Assembly (NCBI GenBank): GCA_040289575.1
Contig: PSLL01000013.1
Span: 5,914 to 28,531, forward strand
Direction: 5' to 3'
Source: Candidatus Dadabacteria bacterium
GTDB lineage: Bacteria > Desulfobacterota_D > UBA1144 > Nemesobacterales > CSP1-2
DNA length: 22,618 nucleotides
Shown here: piece after piece, positions 9,054 through 17,624 of the stretch
Numbering within the stretch: position 1 is the first letter of the stretch
How the letters are laid out: every line of letters begins with the position of its first letter
Notes under the pieces: model-generated
Databases searched by the model: none
Told to the model about the DNA's origin: nothing
Seen by the model: the letters and a program-made list of their open reading frames with translations, nothing else
Translations under genes and position numbers: made by a program

Positions 9054-9915
9054 GCGATGGATTTTCAGTCCAAAAATCCACTACATTAAACCCGTTATCT
9101 ATTAGAGTCCTAATCACCCTTATTTTATCCCCGGGGGATATAAATAATCTCAGGTTTCTTTCTCTAATCTCAGTGTCATTCACTCCTAGGTTCTCGACGA
9201 GTTTAACTGCATACGGATCAAAGTTTTCAATTACTATCTCGAGAATCGAGTTAAGTCCAAGCTTATTTCGCAATCCTGACAGTGTATCAAGCGCCACAAG
9301 CCTCCCATGAACGAGTATGGCTATCCTATCAGCTAGCTCTTCTATATAGCTAAGGATATGGGATGAGAGTAGAATCGTCTTTCCTTTCTTTTTCTCCTCC
9401 CTGATGAGCCTTTTAAAGGCTATTCTCCCCTCAGGGTCTAAACTTATTGTAGGCTCATCGAGGATAAGGATGGGCGGGTCGGATATAATCGCTTGAGCAA
9501 GGGCAAGCCTCTGAAGCATCCCACCCGATAAGGCTCCGACATTCTTGTTTTTCTGTTCGAGTATCCCCACAGCGTCTAAAGCGTTATACAGATTAGCGCC
9601 ATTTATGCTTCTGAGCGCGCCATAAAATTCAATAACCTCGAACACACTTAAGTTTTCATGGAATGAGATCCTCTGAGGGACATATCCGATCCTCCTTTTT
9701 ACCTCCTTCGGGTTCTTACTTAACTCAATATTATCAACTATTATTCTTCCGGCACTTGGATATATTAACCCTAGAATGGTGTTGAGAAGGGTGGTTTTTC
9801 CAGCCCCATTTGGGCCGACTACGGCAAATGTCTCACCCTTCTGTACATCAAAAGAAACTCCCTGCAGGGCCTTTACATTTCCGTAGTTTTTTATGAGGTT
9901 CTCTATCCTAATCAC
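9007..9915 (-). CDS. nosF: ABC transporter ATP-binding protein NosF
   Basis: Walker A GPNGAGKT, signature LSGGM, Walker B ILDEP, SSH; GTGA overlap with the nosD stop. Confidence 0.9.
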   Translation of the reverse strand: MIRIENLIKNYGNVKALQGVSFDVQKGETFAVVGPNGAGKTTLLNTILGLIYPSAGRIIVDNIELSKNPKEVKRRIGYVPQRISFHENLSVFEVIEFYGALRSINGANLYNALDAVGILEQKNKNVGALSGGMLQRLALAQAIISDPPILILDEPTISLDPEGRIAFKRLIREEKKKGKTILLSSHILSYIEELADRIAILVHGRLVALDTLSGLRNKLGLNSILEIVIENFDPYAVKLVENLGVNDTEIRERNLRLFISPGDKIRVIRTLIDNGFNVVDFWTENPSLEEIFIKYTEDNSNS

Positions 9916-11216
9916 TTTGAACCCTCTTCGATTCGAACCGGATTCATCAGCGGATACGGGTCTTCCATTTCCACAGGATTCAGTATCGGAATAGCCCTTT
10001 CTGCAAACTCAAGTGCCTTAAGTCCCGGACTTCCTAAGAAGGCTGTAAGATCGGGATAGCGTTTCATGAGGTATGAAAGGAGTTTTACAGGTTTATATGG
10101 AATGTCTCCAACTCCATCTCCGTTTAAATCATATCCGTTATACCCTCTGTAGTCGCTCCAGTAATTGCCCGTTGAATTCTGATAAAATTTATTTGTTGTA
10201 TGGTCTGTGTCCGTCATTACCTGATATGTGTTATCCAGAAAGTCATTTGCATATAGAACGTTATCGCTAGAACTGGAGAATAAATCAATTGCCCAGCCGT
10301 TTTGTGAAAAGATATTCTTGGTAAACACATTCCTATTTGCATCATCCATGAAAATCCCCACTGTGTTATTAGAGATTAGATTCCCTTCGGCAATGCTATC
10401 ATTTAGAGATTTAAGGAGAATTCCGAATCCATTTGGTCCATGGTTATCTTTAAAATCATTTTTTCTAAGAATGATATTTTTAGAATACATAAGCGCGCTT
10501 CCAGTTCCGTTTCTCTCAAATATGTTGCCTTCAAATGTGTTGCTGTCTGAATACATATAGTGGAGACCGTATCTCACGTTTTCCTCACAGTGGTTATTCT
10601 TTATTGAGTTGCCGGGAGAGAACTCTACATATATGCCATCTCTGTGCTTTATAATATGATTTCCCTCTATTATGTTATTTGGTGACTTCCACAGGTGGAT
10701 TCCATTGCCATTTGTTTCTTCTGTTGTGTAATCAGCCCTTCCATATGATGTGTTGTTCTTAATTGTATTGCCACGGGATGCGTAAAGATATATGCCAATT
10801 AAAACATCCTGAAATTGGTTGCCTTCAATTATAACTTCTTCTGAATTTACTATCTTTATCCCGCTTTCGTCCTTGAGTAGGTCGCTTCCGCTTTTTCTTA
10901 TAATAAAGCCTTTAATCGTAACCTTATCCGATTCAATTCTTATAACATCACCTCCATAGTCGCCGTCAATGACGGGTTGATTTTCACCGATGAGTCGTAT
11001 TCTCTTGTTTATAACCATGTTCTCTCTATAAACTCCCCCTTTGACTACTATTGTGTCTCCTTCGGCTGACCTCTGAATGGCTTCCATGATTGAAGAATAA
11101 GCCGATCCTTTCCCTACCGTGATTTCCTTACCAAAAGATTTCACACGGGAGCCGACAATTGTAATAAAACACACAACTAAGATAATTGCCGTCTTCGTTG
11201 CCTTGATTCGAGCCAT
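9912..11216 (-). CDS. nosD: Nitrous oxide reductase maturation protein NosD
   Basis: Beta-helix repeats, GNGIHLW, RDGIY.EF, RYGLHYMYS, GNYWSDY.GYDLNGDGVGDIPY, DPYPLM. Confidence 0.95.
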   Translation of the reverse strand: MARIKATKTAIILVVCFITIVGSRVKSFGKEITVGKGSAYSSIMEAIQRSAEGDTIVVKGGVYRENMVINKRIRLIGENQPVIDGDYGGDVIRIESDKVTIKGFIIRKSGSDLLKDESGIKIVNSEEVIIEGNQFQDVLIGIYLYASRGNTIKNNTSYGRADYTTEETNGNGIHLWKSPNNIIEGNHIIKHRDGIYVEFSPGNSIKNNHCEENVRYGLHYMYSDSNTFEGNIFERNGTGSALMYSKNIILRKNDFKDNHGPNGFGILLKSLNDSIAEGNLISNNTVGIFMDDANRNVFTKNIFSQNGWAIDLFSSSSDNVLYANDFLDNTYQVMTDTDHTTNKFYQNSTGNYWSDYRGYNGYDLNGDGVGDIPYKPVKLLSYLMKRYPDLTAFLGSPGLKALEFAERAIPILNPVEMEDPYPLMNPVRIEEGSK

Positions 11217-11842
11217 AGTATCACCGGTCCAAGGATTGCCGCAAATCCCATAAGTATCGCACCAGAGCCCGGAAGGCTTATAACCTTAAAATTTGCAAGC
11301 TGCTTCCACCCAATAAGGGGCGGCATATAGGGGTCTATTTTTATAGCAGCCTTCGGATTAAGGTTATGCCCATACTCATAAAGCCATCTGTAAAAATCCC
11401 CAATCATAAAGAAACCAAATAATATAAATAAAATCCATCCTGCCGTAGCAAAATGCCATTTCCCTAAGATTGCTGATAGAAGTGCAAGTATACTGAAAGC
11501 GATAATGGCTAAAGGAAGCCATCGAAACTCCTTGAATTCATCGGGTTTTATCTCGTGCATTCCTATATAGTGGTTAAGACCATTAATCATTCTGGGAGTA
11601 TTACTTGTCATCCCGGTTTCCGGGTTATACTCCGTTAGCTTGTTCGCATATATAGACATCTTTATTCCCAACGGATACTGGGGAGCTACGAGTTTTATCG
11701 TCCATATAGGAAGAAATATCGCCGGGATAATTAGAAGAGCCGCAATAAGAATAAGGATTCGCTCTCGCTTCGATAGGCGAATAGGAATCTCATAGCTTTT
11801 GCCTGTACGATTATCAATAACGGTTAATGTTTCTTTAGCCAT
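11177..11842 (-). CDS. nosB: NosB-like membrane protein with a citrate-synthase-like N-terminal 21 aa
   Basis: PIW.I.L.APQYP.G, INGLNHYIGM, W.YEYGHNL.P.AAI, Y.PPLIG.KQL.NF motifs of the clade II nosZ-downstream protein; located between nosZ and nosD. Confidence 0.85.
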   Translation of the reverse strand: MAKETLTVIDNRTGKSYEIPIRLSKRERILILIAALLIIPAIFLPIWTIKLVAPQYPLGIKMSIYANKLTEYNPETGMTSNTPRMINGLNHYIGMHEIKPDEFKEFRWLPLAIIAFSILALLSAILGKWHFATAGWILFILFGFFMIGDFYRWLYEYGHNLNPKAAIKIDPYMPPLIGWKQLANFKVISLPGSGAILMGFAAILGPVILWLESRQRRRQLS

Positions 11843-11907
11843 GGCATTATCTCACTTTAACTAAAAAGGGGATGAATTATTTTTAATACCTCAAATTACA
11901 AATGGTA

Positions 11908-11944
11908 AAGAAGGGGAGGGACAAGCACTGCCCCTCCCCTTCTT
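11908..11944 (-). terminator. Stem-loop immediately after the nosZ stop
   Basis: 13-bp stem AAGAAGGGGAGGG(11908-11920)/CCCTCCCCTTCTT(11932-11944); only a weak U-tract in the minus-strand transcript. Confidence 0.75.
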
Positions 11945-11947
11945 CTT

Positions 11948-13783
11948 TTAGTTTTTACTGAGAGGGCCTTTAGCGGCTACCTCAATATACCCCTGCATCT
12001 CCTGGTGAAGCGCCGAGCAGAAGTTTGTGCAGTAAAACGGATATATACCCGGCTTTTCGGGAACCCATTTAACCGTCACCGTTTCACCAGGGTCGACACT
12101 AATATTTACATTGGAAAAACTAATTCCGAATCCATGAGTAGTATCTACGTCTTGCTCTAGATTAGTTAAATGGAAGTAAACGGTGTCGCCTTCCTGAACT
12201 TTAATAATATCCGGGGTAAAATGACTCCTTATTGCAATCATATAGACATCCACCCTATTACCGTTTCGCTCAACACGGGTTTTGTCCGCGCTCTTAGTTG
12301 CATAAGGATTGTTGTTTTGATCAAGCGGGTACACAAGCTCCGGCTTTATGAGAGAGGCGTCAATTATCTGAGCATAATGGGGCTCTACCTGAGTGGGGAA
12401 ATCAAGCAGCATCTCCATCTTTTTGCCGGATATATCAATAAGCTGTGCGCTCTCTGGATGGGAAGGACCTACAGGCAGATACCTCCCCTTGGCAATCTTA
12501 TTCAAGGCAAGGAGAAACTTACCCCTTGGCTTGACTGTATCTCCATGGACGGCGGCAAGGTGACCGATGTTGTAATAAACCGGTATTTTATCCACTACTT
12601 CCCATGTCCCCAGTTTCCACTTGGCAATTGCCGAGTCTACAAAAAGGGATGTATAGGCATACCCCTGGTCGTCAAATTGGGTGTGAAGCGGACCGAGACC
12701 CACTGGAACCTCTGCAACTCTGACAGATTCATATTTTAGGATTGGTATTCCCATAGCATCTCCGTCAAAATCGCCCTTTTTGATGGCTTCCTGCATCTTT
12801 TCAAAACTATGTACGCAAGCTACTGCGGCAAGCTTTCCGCCACCGACTATATATCTTCCATCCGGAGAAACATCGGCTCCGTGTGGGCTCTTAGGTGTGG
12901 GTAGAAAATAGACGATACCTTTTACCTCTCTTGGATCAATGACTTTAACGCCGTTTATCTCTTTGTATTTTCCCTGTTTAATCGCCTCTCCCGCTGCCTT
13001 CCAGTTTACAGCGGCTATAAAGTCCCTGTCTTTCTGTGAGGCTTCGACTTCTAAGTTCTTGTATGCCTCTTCTGTGTTATATGAGCTGAAGAATGCCCAG
13101 CCGTAACTTACCAGCTTACCAGCGTCACCTAGGTCATAATCAAATGGGGGCATCAGGATTTGAAAGGCATTCTGCATGTGTCCCGTGTCTTTATCCACAC
13201 TCACAAAAGCTATTACTCCATTGAAATTTTCTTTGTAGCTCTCTACCGGAACATCACGATTCGGTACGGGGACAGAGAATCTAGTTGCGCCAATCAAATA
13301 CTCCGTATTGGGTGTGAGAAATGGACTTGCGTGGTTCCCAGCAACATTTGGTATTTGGATTATCTCTTCTGTACGAAACGTCTTCAGGTTTATGCGGGCT
13401 ATGCGGGCATTTGGATTGTCATTTATAAACAGCCATCTGCCGTCATAATCGCCATTAGTCTCTGAGAGGGCGGGGTGGTGGGCATCCCCCCAAATGAAGC
13501 CTCCCATCATCTTCGTGCTTTCTTCACTAATACCCCAGCCTGTGGATACGTCAGGCGCAAAAACCGGTATTACCCTTATGAGTCTTCCTGAAGGAAGCCC
13601 GTAAACTGCAATTTGACCGGAGTGACCGCCGGAGAGAAAGGCATAGTAACTATCATACTTCCCCGGCGGTACATAAACCTTCTCTGCGGGGCTTTTCTTT
13701 CCTTTGCAGGCGAAGAAAAGACCCGTTAAAGCAAATAAGAAGAAAAGAAACAGAAATCCCTTTCCGTAGTTTATAAGTTTCAT
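11948..13783 (-). CDS. nosZ: Sec-dependent (clade II) nitrous-oxide reductase with lipoprotein signal
   Basis: All seven CuZ His motifs (DAHH, GNH, PHG, GPLH, GHL, EPH) and CuA (THG...CTNFCSALHQEM); clade II SGGHSGQ and GLPSGR; no twin-arginine motif; lipobox FFAC. Confidence 0.98.
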   Translation of the reverse strand: MKLINYGKGFLFLFFLFALTGLFFACKGKKSPAEKVYVPPGKYDSYYAFLSGGHSGQIAVYGLPSGRLIRVIPVFAPDVSTGWGISEESTKMMGGFIWGDAHHPALSETNGDYDGRWLFINDNPNARIARINLKTFRTEEIIQIPNVAGNHASPFLTPNTEYLIGATRFSVPVPNRDVPVESYKENFNGVIAFVSVDKDTGHMQNAFQILMPPFDYDLGDAGKLVSYGWAFFSSYNTEEAYKNLEVEASQKDRDFIAAVNWKAAGEAIKQGKYKEINGVKVIDPREVKGIVYFLPTPKSPHGADVSPDGRYIVGGGKLAAVACVHSFEKMQEAIKKGDFDGDAMGIPILKYESVRVAEVPVGLGPLHTQFDDQGYAYTSLFVDSAIAKWKLGTWEVVDKIPVYYNIGHLAAVHGDTVKPRGKFLLALNKIAKGRYLPVGPSHPESAQLIDISGKKMEMLLDFPTQVEPHYAQIIDASLIKPELVYPLDQNNNPYATKSADKTRVERNGNRVDVYMIAIRSHFTPDIIKVQEGDTVYFHLTNLEQDVDTTHGFGISFSNVNISVDPGETVTVKWVPEKPGIYPFYCTNFCSALHQEMQGYIEVAAKGPLSKN

Positions 13784-13785
13784 TA

Positions 13786-14250
13786 TTATTTACCTCCCTT
13801 TATTTCGGAATCCTTTTCTCTAAGATACATAATGATTGCCGCCGCCTGTTCCTGTGTGAGATTCTGGTTAGGCATCCTCACCAGATAAGTCGCTAAGAGT
13901 TCTCTAGCTATGGGGTCCTTCTCCAGCATCACCTCAGGATGGAGAATCCAGTTTTGGATCCATTCAAGGCTCCGTCTTTCTGTAACCCCCGCAAGATCTG
14001 GACCTGTGAGTCTCCCCTTTCCGATTGTGTGGCACCCTGAGCACCCCTTGGTTTTAAATATCTCTTCCCCCTTTTCCGCAATCTCATGATTAATCGGAGG
14101 CGGCTCCTTTGTTTTCTCTTGTTCTATCTGAACCGTTTCCTTTTTTGTTCCACCAACTTCCGATCCTGATTTTTCCTGTTCCTTGCCCTTGCACGCCAAG
14201 AGTGTTATCAGGAAAGCCGCCATAACTATTGTTAAGAATCTTCTTCTCAT
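13786..14250 (-). CDS. Monoheme cytochrome c lipoprotein
   Basis: ATG 14250 after AAGGAGGT; lipobox LLAC; CSGCH heme motif, GPDL, distal Met in RMPNQ. Stop is 2 nt from the nosZ start. Confidence 0.93.
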   Translation of the reverse strand: MRRRFLTIVMAAFLITLLACKGKEQEKSGSEVGGTKKETVQIEQEKTKEPPPINHEIAEKGEEIFKTKGCSGCHTIGKGRLTGPDLAGVTERRSLEWIQNWILHPEVMLEKDPIARELLATYLVRMPNQNLTQEQAAAIIMYLREKDSEIKGGK

Positions 14251-14283
14251 TCTCTTACCTCCTTTTCGGTTAGTTGTAATAGC

Positions 14284-14299
14284 GCAACATATGTGCCAA
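14284..14299 (-). promoter_or_regulatory. Sigma-54 (-24/-12) promoter of the cytc-nosZ operon
   Basis: Minus strand reads TTGGCACATATGTTGC, near-consensus with exact GG-N10-GC spacing, 34 bp upstream of the cytochrome c ATG. Confidence 0.82.
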
Positions 14300-14344
14300 A
14301 TAGAAGACCCTGTAATCATTGAATCTTGCAAAATTCGGTTGTGT

Positions 14345-14369
14345 AAGATGTAAGATAATCCGACATCTT
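14345..14369. promoter_or_regulatory. Candidate enhancer (UAS) palindrome AAGATGT-N11-ACATCTT
   Basis: Perfect 7-bp arms with a TGT-N11-ACA core, about 85 bp upstream of the predicted sigma-54 start site. Confidence 0.5.
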
Positions 14370-14373
14370 TATG

Positions 14374-14390
14374 TAGTGAGTGCTCACTCA
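14374..14390. promoter_or_regulatory. Candidate TetR operator, second copy
   Basis: TAGTGAGTGCTCACTCA matches 15/17 nt of TAGTGAGTAATCACTCA at the tetR promoter; both mismatches fall in the spacer. Confidence 0.7.
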
Positions 14391-14417
14391 TTTTATTGAG
14401 GAAGATAAAAGTTCTTT

Positions 14418-14926
14418 TTAACTAAGCATCACGGCACAGGCAACCACCAAAATCCCTAAAATGACATTCAATCTTGCAAGCCATGATACAAACCTCCGAT
14501 AACTCCTTATCCTTTGAAGAGAGTCGGGATTTGATGTACCGGTATTCATAAGATCAACCATTCTAGGCCCTAAGACAAAATCATGTATAGCGCTTAAAAC
14601 CATCATAATAAGAACGAGTACCACTTTTACTGAGAGTACCTTTCCAAAATTGGATAAAAAAATCGCTCCGTTTGAGACCATTTCTGTTGTAACACCATGG
14701 TTTATTGCGTTAATCACTCCGGTTGACAATAAAACCAATATGGCTATCCAGCTTACTTTCCGAAACCTCCTGGCAGTGTCAGAAAGTAGTTCAATGCGTT
14801 TTTCAGGGGGTTCGAGCTCTCTTAGCGCTGGAACCGCGACAAGCGCTATAAAAAAACATCCCCCCCCAACCATATAAAAGCTGCAATGACATGAATTAGA
14901 ACAACTGAGATGCGAAAAAAATACAT
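14418..14926 (-). pseudogene. CopD-like/DUF4149-type membrane protein, frameshifted at adjacent G8 and T7 runs
   Basis: ATG 14926 gives MYFFRISVVLIHVIAAFIWLGG, then a shift into the 14418..14873 frame (FFIALVAVPAL...TG..N...K..L...SAIHDF.LGPR). G7+T6 would restore WLGGMFFIAL. Confidence 0.75.
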
Positions 14927-14955
14927 AGCTGTTTTGCGAAGCCCCTTATCCGGAA

Positions 14956-15405
14956 CTAATTTCTGGTATTTAACCAAATTCTCCTAAAACACTCGTATTG
15001 ATATTCCTCGTGTTTAACCAATCCTCTAAAAAGCTCCGGGTTTGCTGCGCCGAATCTCCTTTCCTGGTCTTTAAGAACACCTATAAACTTTTTGAAAAAT
15101 CCCATGTTTACCCTTAAAAACAAGGCTTTAGGAATAAGAAAGGAAAATAAAGCCAAAACAAAGGCGAAAAAGGCCAGTATAGGTCTATCCTCTACATCTA
15201 CGTTATACTTCTTAAGCTCATTTTTAATAAGGACCACCTGTTCTTTCTCTCGTTCTGAAAGCTCTTTAAACTGTGCTTTCAGTCCTCTATTAAAGAACAA
15301 CCTTTCGAGCCACATATACCAAATCCAGCCAAAGTACTCTCCCCAGTAGTCCTTATTTAAAGTCTCGATAAGCCCTTTTCCATAGATGTTATTGTGCCTT
15401 TCCAT
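14956..15405 (-). CDS. Hypothetical protein, probable ferritin-like four-helix fold with a central hydrophobic segment
   Basis: Pattern Y.GE..G..Y, L...E..Q, central hydrophobic stretch and C-terminal HE; co-directional within the operon. Confidence 0.6.
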   Translation of the reverse strand: MERHNNIYGKGLIETLNKDYWGEYFGWIWYMWLERLFFNRGLKAQFKELSEREKEQVVLIKNELKKYNVDVEDRPILAFFAFVLALFSFLIPKALFLRVNMGFFKKFIGVLKDQERRFGAANPELFRGLVKHEEYQYECFRRIWLNTRN

Positions 15406-15508
15406 CGAGAATACAGCAGGATTTGATGGCCCTTCGACTATACCATCGTAGTGCCACCGGATTGAGAATAAAACTAATTCACCGATAAGCTCAGTATCTT
15501 GCCTTTGC

Positions 15509-15820
15509 TCATCTGCCTAATTCACTATCACCATCAGCCTTCTGGGGAATATCCATCTTTCCATGTGCCGGAGAAAGCCCTGCCTTGCCCTTAAAGAAGT
15601 TCTTATTCTTATCTATAAAGCTCTTCCACTTATCCGGAAGTTCATCCTCATGGTATATAGCATCTACAGGACAGGGATCAACACATGCACCGCAGTCTAT
15701 GCACTCATCCGGATGGATAAAAAGCTGATCTTCACCCTCATAGATACAGTCCACAGGACAAGCATCAACACAGGCCCTATCCTTAACACCGATACAGGGT
15801 TCTGCAATTACGTATGCCAT
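15509..15820 (-). CDS. 7Fe ([3Fe-4S]+[4Fe-4S]) FdxA-type ferredoxin
   Basis: [21 protein letters not shown] and [21 protein letters not shown]. Confidence 0.95.
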   Translation of the reverse strand: MAYVIAEPCIGVKDRACVDACPVDCIYEGEDQLFIHPDECIDCGACVDPCPVDAIYHEDELPDKWKSFIDKNKNFFKGKAGLSPAHGKMDIPQKADGDSELGR

Positions 15821-15836
15821 CTAATGCCTCCTTTTA

Positions 15837-17624
15837 TTATGGATATCGCTTAGTAATATATTTATTTAACTCTGTTAAAAATTCATCAATATTTACCGAG
15901 TGCATCTTGCATGCCATCTCAAGCGGTATGGTTTTTCCAACCGTTCTGCGGAGTATCGGATTTGTAATATCTTTAAATCCAAATTTAAGGAACACCCCCT
16001 CAATTTGAGGATAGTATTCCAGTACTTCTCCAACCTTCATCCACCTTTCGATCTTCTCAGGGGGTTCTTTAAGTAAAACGATTTTCTTCTGACGCCTTAT
16101 TCCTTCATTTGCCGTGCTCCAAGTATCATAAGCCCACATAGAGAATCCTATAACCTGAATGAATCCGCTTGATCCAAGAAAGAAAGGGTTCCATGCAAAT
16201 ACAGAAGCAACCCCTTCAAAATCACCTAAAATCTGAGAGATGACTCTCATGGCATTTCCTATATTGATTAGAACAAAGGGAACTATAAGGGATTTCTTAG
16301 GCTCAGCACCCGACATTATTAGTGTTACCCTACTTGCCACACCCATAATCATGAGGCTTATAAAACCTACCGTAAGGGCGTGCCGATAGGCACCAAAGTA
16401 GTTATGTGAAAACATGCTATGGACAAAATGGCTGTAAAGCGGGAGAAAAAGAAGAAATAACACTGAAACAATAAGCCAGATGTATGCAACCCTTATAAAT
16501 TTAATGCTTCTTGATGTGTCCTTTGCTTTTCCGAAGATTCCTATATTGGAAATCACTCCGATAGATGCGATAAAGAACCCCAGATAGGGGACTAAAATAA
16601 ACGGTCTTAAGAACTCAAGCTTATACATACGGATAAGGAGGTGCATAGAAACAGATAAAAGTAAAGAAAAGAGAAAAATATAGAATAAAAAATCCCCTAA
16701 CCGCCCGGATGGTTTTTTAGTATTAAAAACAAAGGGCACAAACCTCTGGCTTACACCAAAGATCATCATTACGATAAAACCAAATATCTGAATATCCTGA
16801 TAGGGTGCTACAAATCCGGCAACCCTCTCAATTAGCAGAGACATATTAGATTTTAGAGACGCATCCCCTACAAGGTAAAATAGAATGGGGTTAAAGAGGG
16901 CTTGAATCAGGAAAAACACGAGTGCCGTAAAAATATACTTTTCCCAGAACTGCCTTTTCTTCACCGCTCGGTTCATTGTCTTTAAGATAACTATAAAGAA
17001 AACCAAGATGGCTATAAGCTCTCCAATCGAGCCAAATATTCCAAGTATAAAGAACGTAGTGGATGGAAGAAGTGCCCACGATAGTGTGGTCAACGATATA
17101 CTGAAAACAATTATCCAAAGTGAAAGATTTGCAAGATGGGGGTTCCAAAGGGAAACGAACTTAAATCTAGGAAAGGCCTGGTAGGCAAAACCCATAACAA
17201 AAAGCCCCACCCAGCCGAAAATCTGTATATGGGCATGGGAAAGAATGACGGGAATCGGAAGGTCAAAGTAAGAACGCCTAAACGCGATATAGGCTAAGTT
17301 TACCGCTCCAAATGTCCAACCTATAGAGCCAAACATAATACCGAACTTAAAGAATCTCCTCCAGAGAACCTCTCCTATGCTTTCTCTAGAAACTGTGGTT
17401 TCAGTCGAAGACGGATTAATAGAGGCTTCATTTAGTTCGACAAGGATCTTCTCAAGGTCTATCTGATGGGCCCGTGAAAAGAACTCAAGTGTTTCTCTGG
17501 GTATAATTCCACCACTACAAACTCCATACCTTACAAATACCTCTGTCGTGGAAGGAAATTTCTCTATAATATCTGTTACAAGCATCTCTTTTTTAATCAA
17601 ACCGCCTTCTATACCTTTAACCAA
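15837..17624 (-). CDS. NnrS-like polytopic membrane protein with N- and C-terminal DUF1858/ScdA_N-type domains
   Basis: About 12 TM helices with a three-fold repeat: HAHIQIFGWVG..MG....PRF, QDIQIFGF..MIFG...RF.P, RHALTVGFIS.MIMG. Soluble termini follow the M.V.DII..P....F..G...TLE.....H.ID...L.ELN pattern. TTG start with AAGGAG SD. Confidence 0.75.
   Translation of the reverse strand: MVKGIEGGLIKKEMLVTDIIEKFPSTTEVFVRYGVCSGGIIPRETLEFFSRAHQIDLEKILVELNEASINPSSTETTVSRESIGEVLWRRFFKFGIMFGSIGWTFGAVNLAYIAFRRSYFDLPIPVILSHAHIQIFGWVGLFVMGFAYQAFPRFKFVSLWNPHLANLSLWIIVFSISLTTLSWALLPSTTFFILGIFGSIGELIAILVFFIVILKTMNRAVKKRQFWEKYIFTALVFFLIQALFNPILFYLVGDASLKSNMSLLIERVAGFVAPYQDIQIFGFIVMMIFGVSQRFVPFVFNTKKPSGRLGDFLFYIFLFSLLLSVSMHLLIRMYKLEFLRPFILVPYLGFFIASIGVISNIGIFGKAKDTSRSIKFIRVAYIWLIVSVLFLLFLPLYSHFVHSMFSHNYFGAYRHALTVGFISLMIMGVASRVTLIMSGAEPKKSLIVPFVLINIGNAMRVISQILGDFEGVASVFAWNPFFLGSSGFIQVIGFSMWAYDTWSTANEGIRRQKKIVLLKEPPEKIERWMKVGEVLEYYPQIEGVFLKFGFKDITNPILRRTVGKTIPLEMACKMHSVNIDEFLTELNKYITKRYP

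Noticed and set aside
12170..13465. Antisense ORFs within nosZ, and similar shadow ORFs over GNAT, P450, nosY, nosL, nosF and nosD
   Set aside because: They lie opposite well-supported genes and have no recognisable motifs.
14251..14391. 47-aa N-terminal extension of the cytochrome c in the ORF track
   Set aside because: A strong SD and lipoprotein signal begin at ATG 14250; the extension is the promoter region.
14300..14417. FNR/DNR box (TTGAT-N4-ATCAA) expected for a nos promoter
   Set aside because: No such motif found by eye in this intergenic region.
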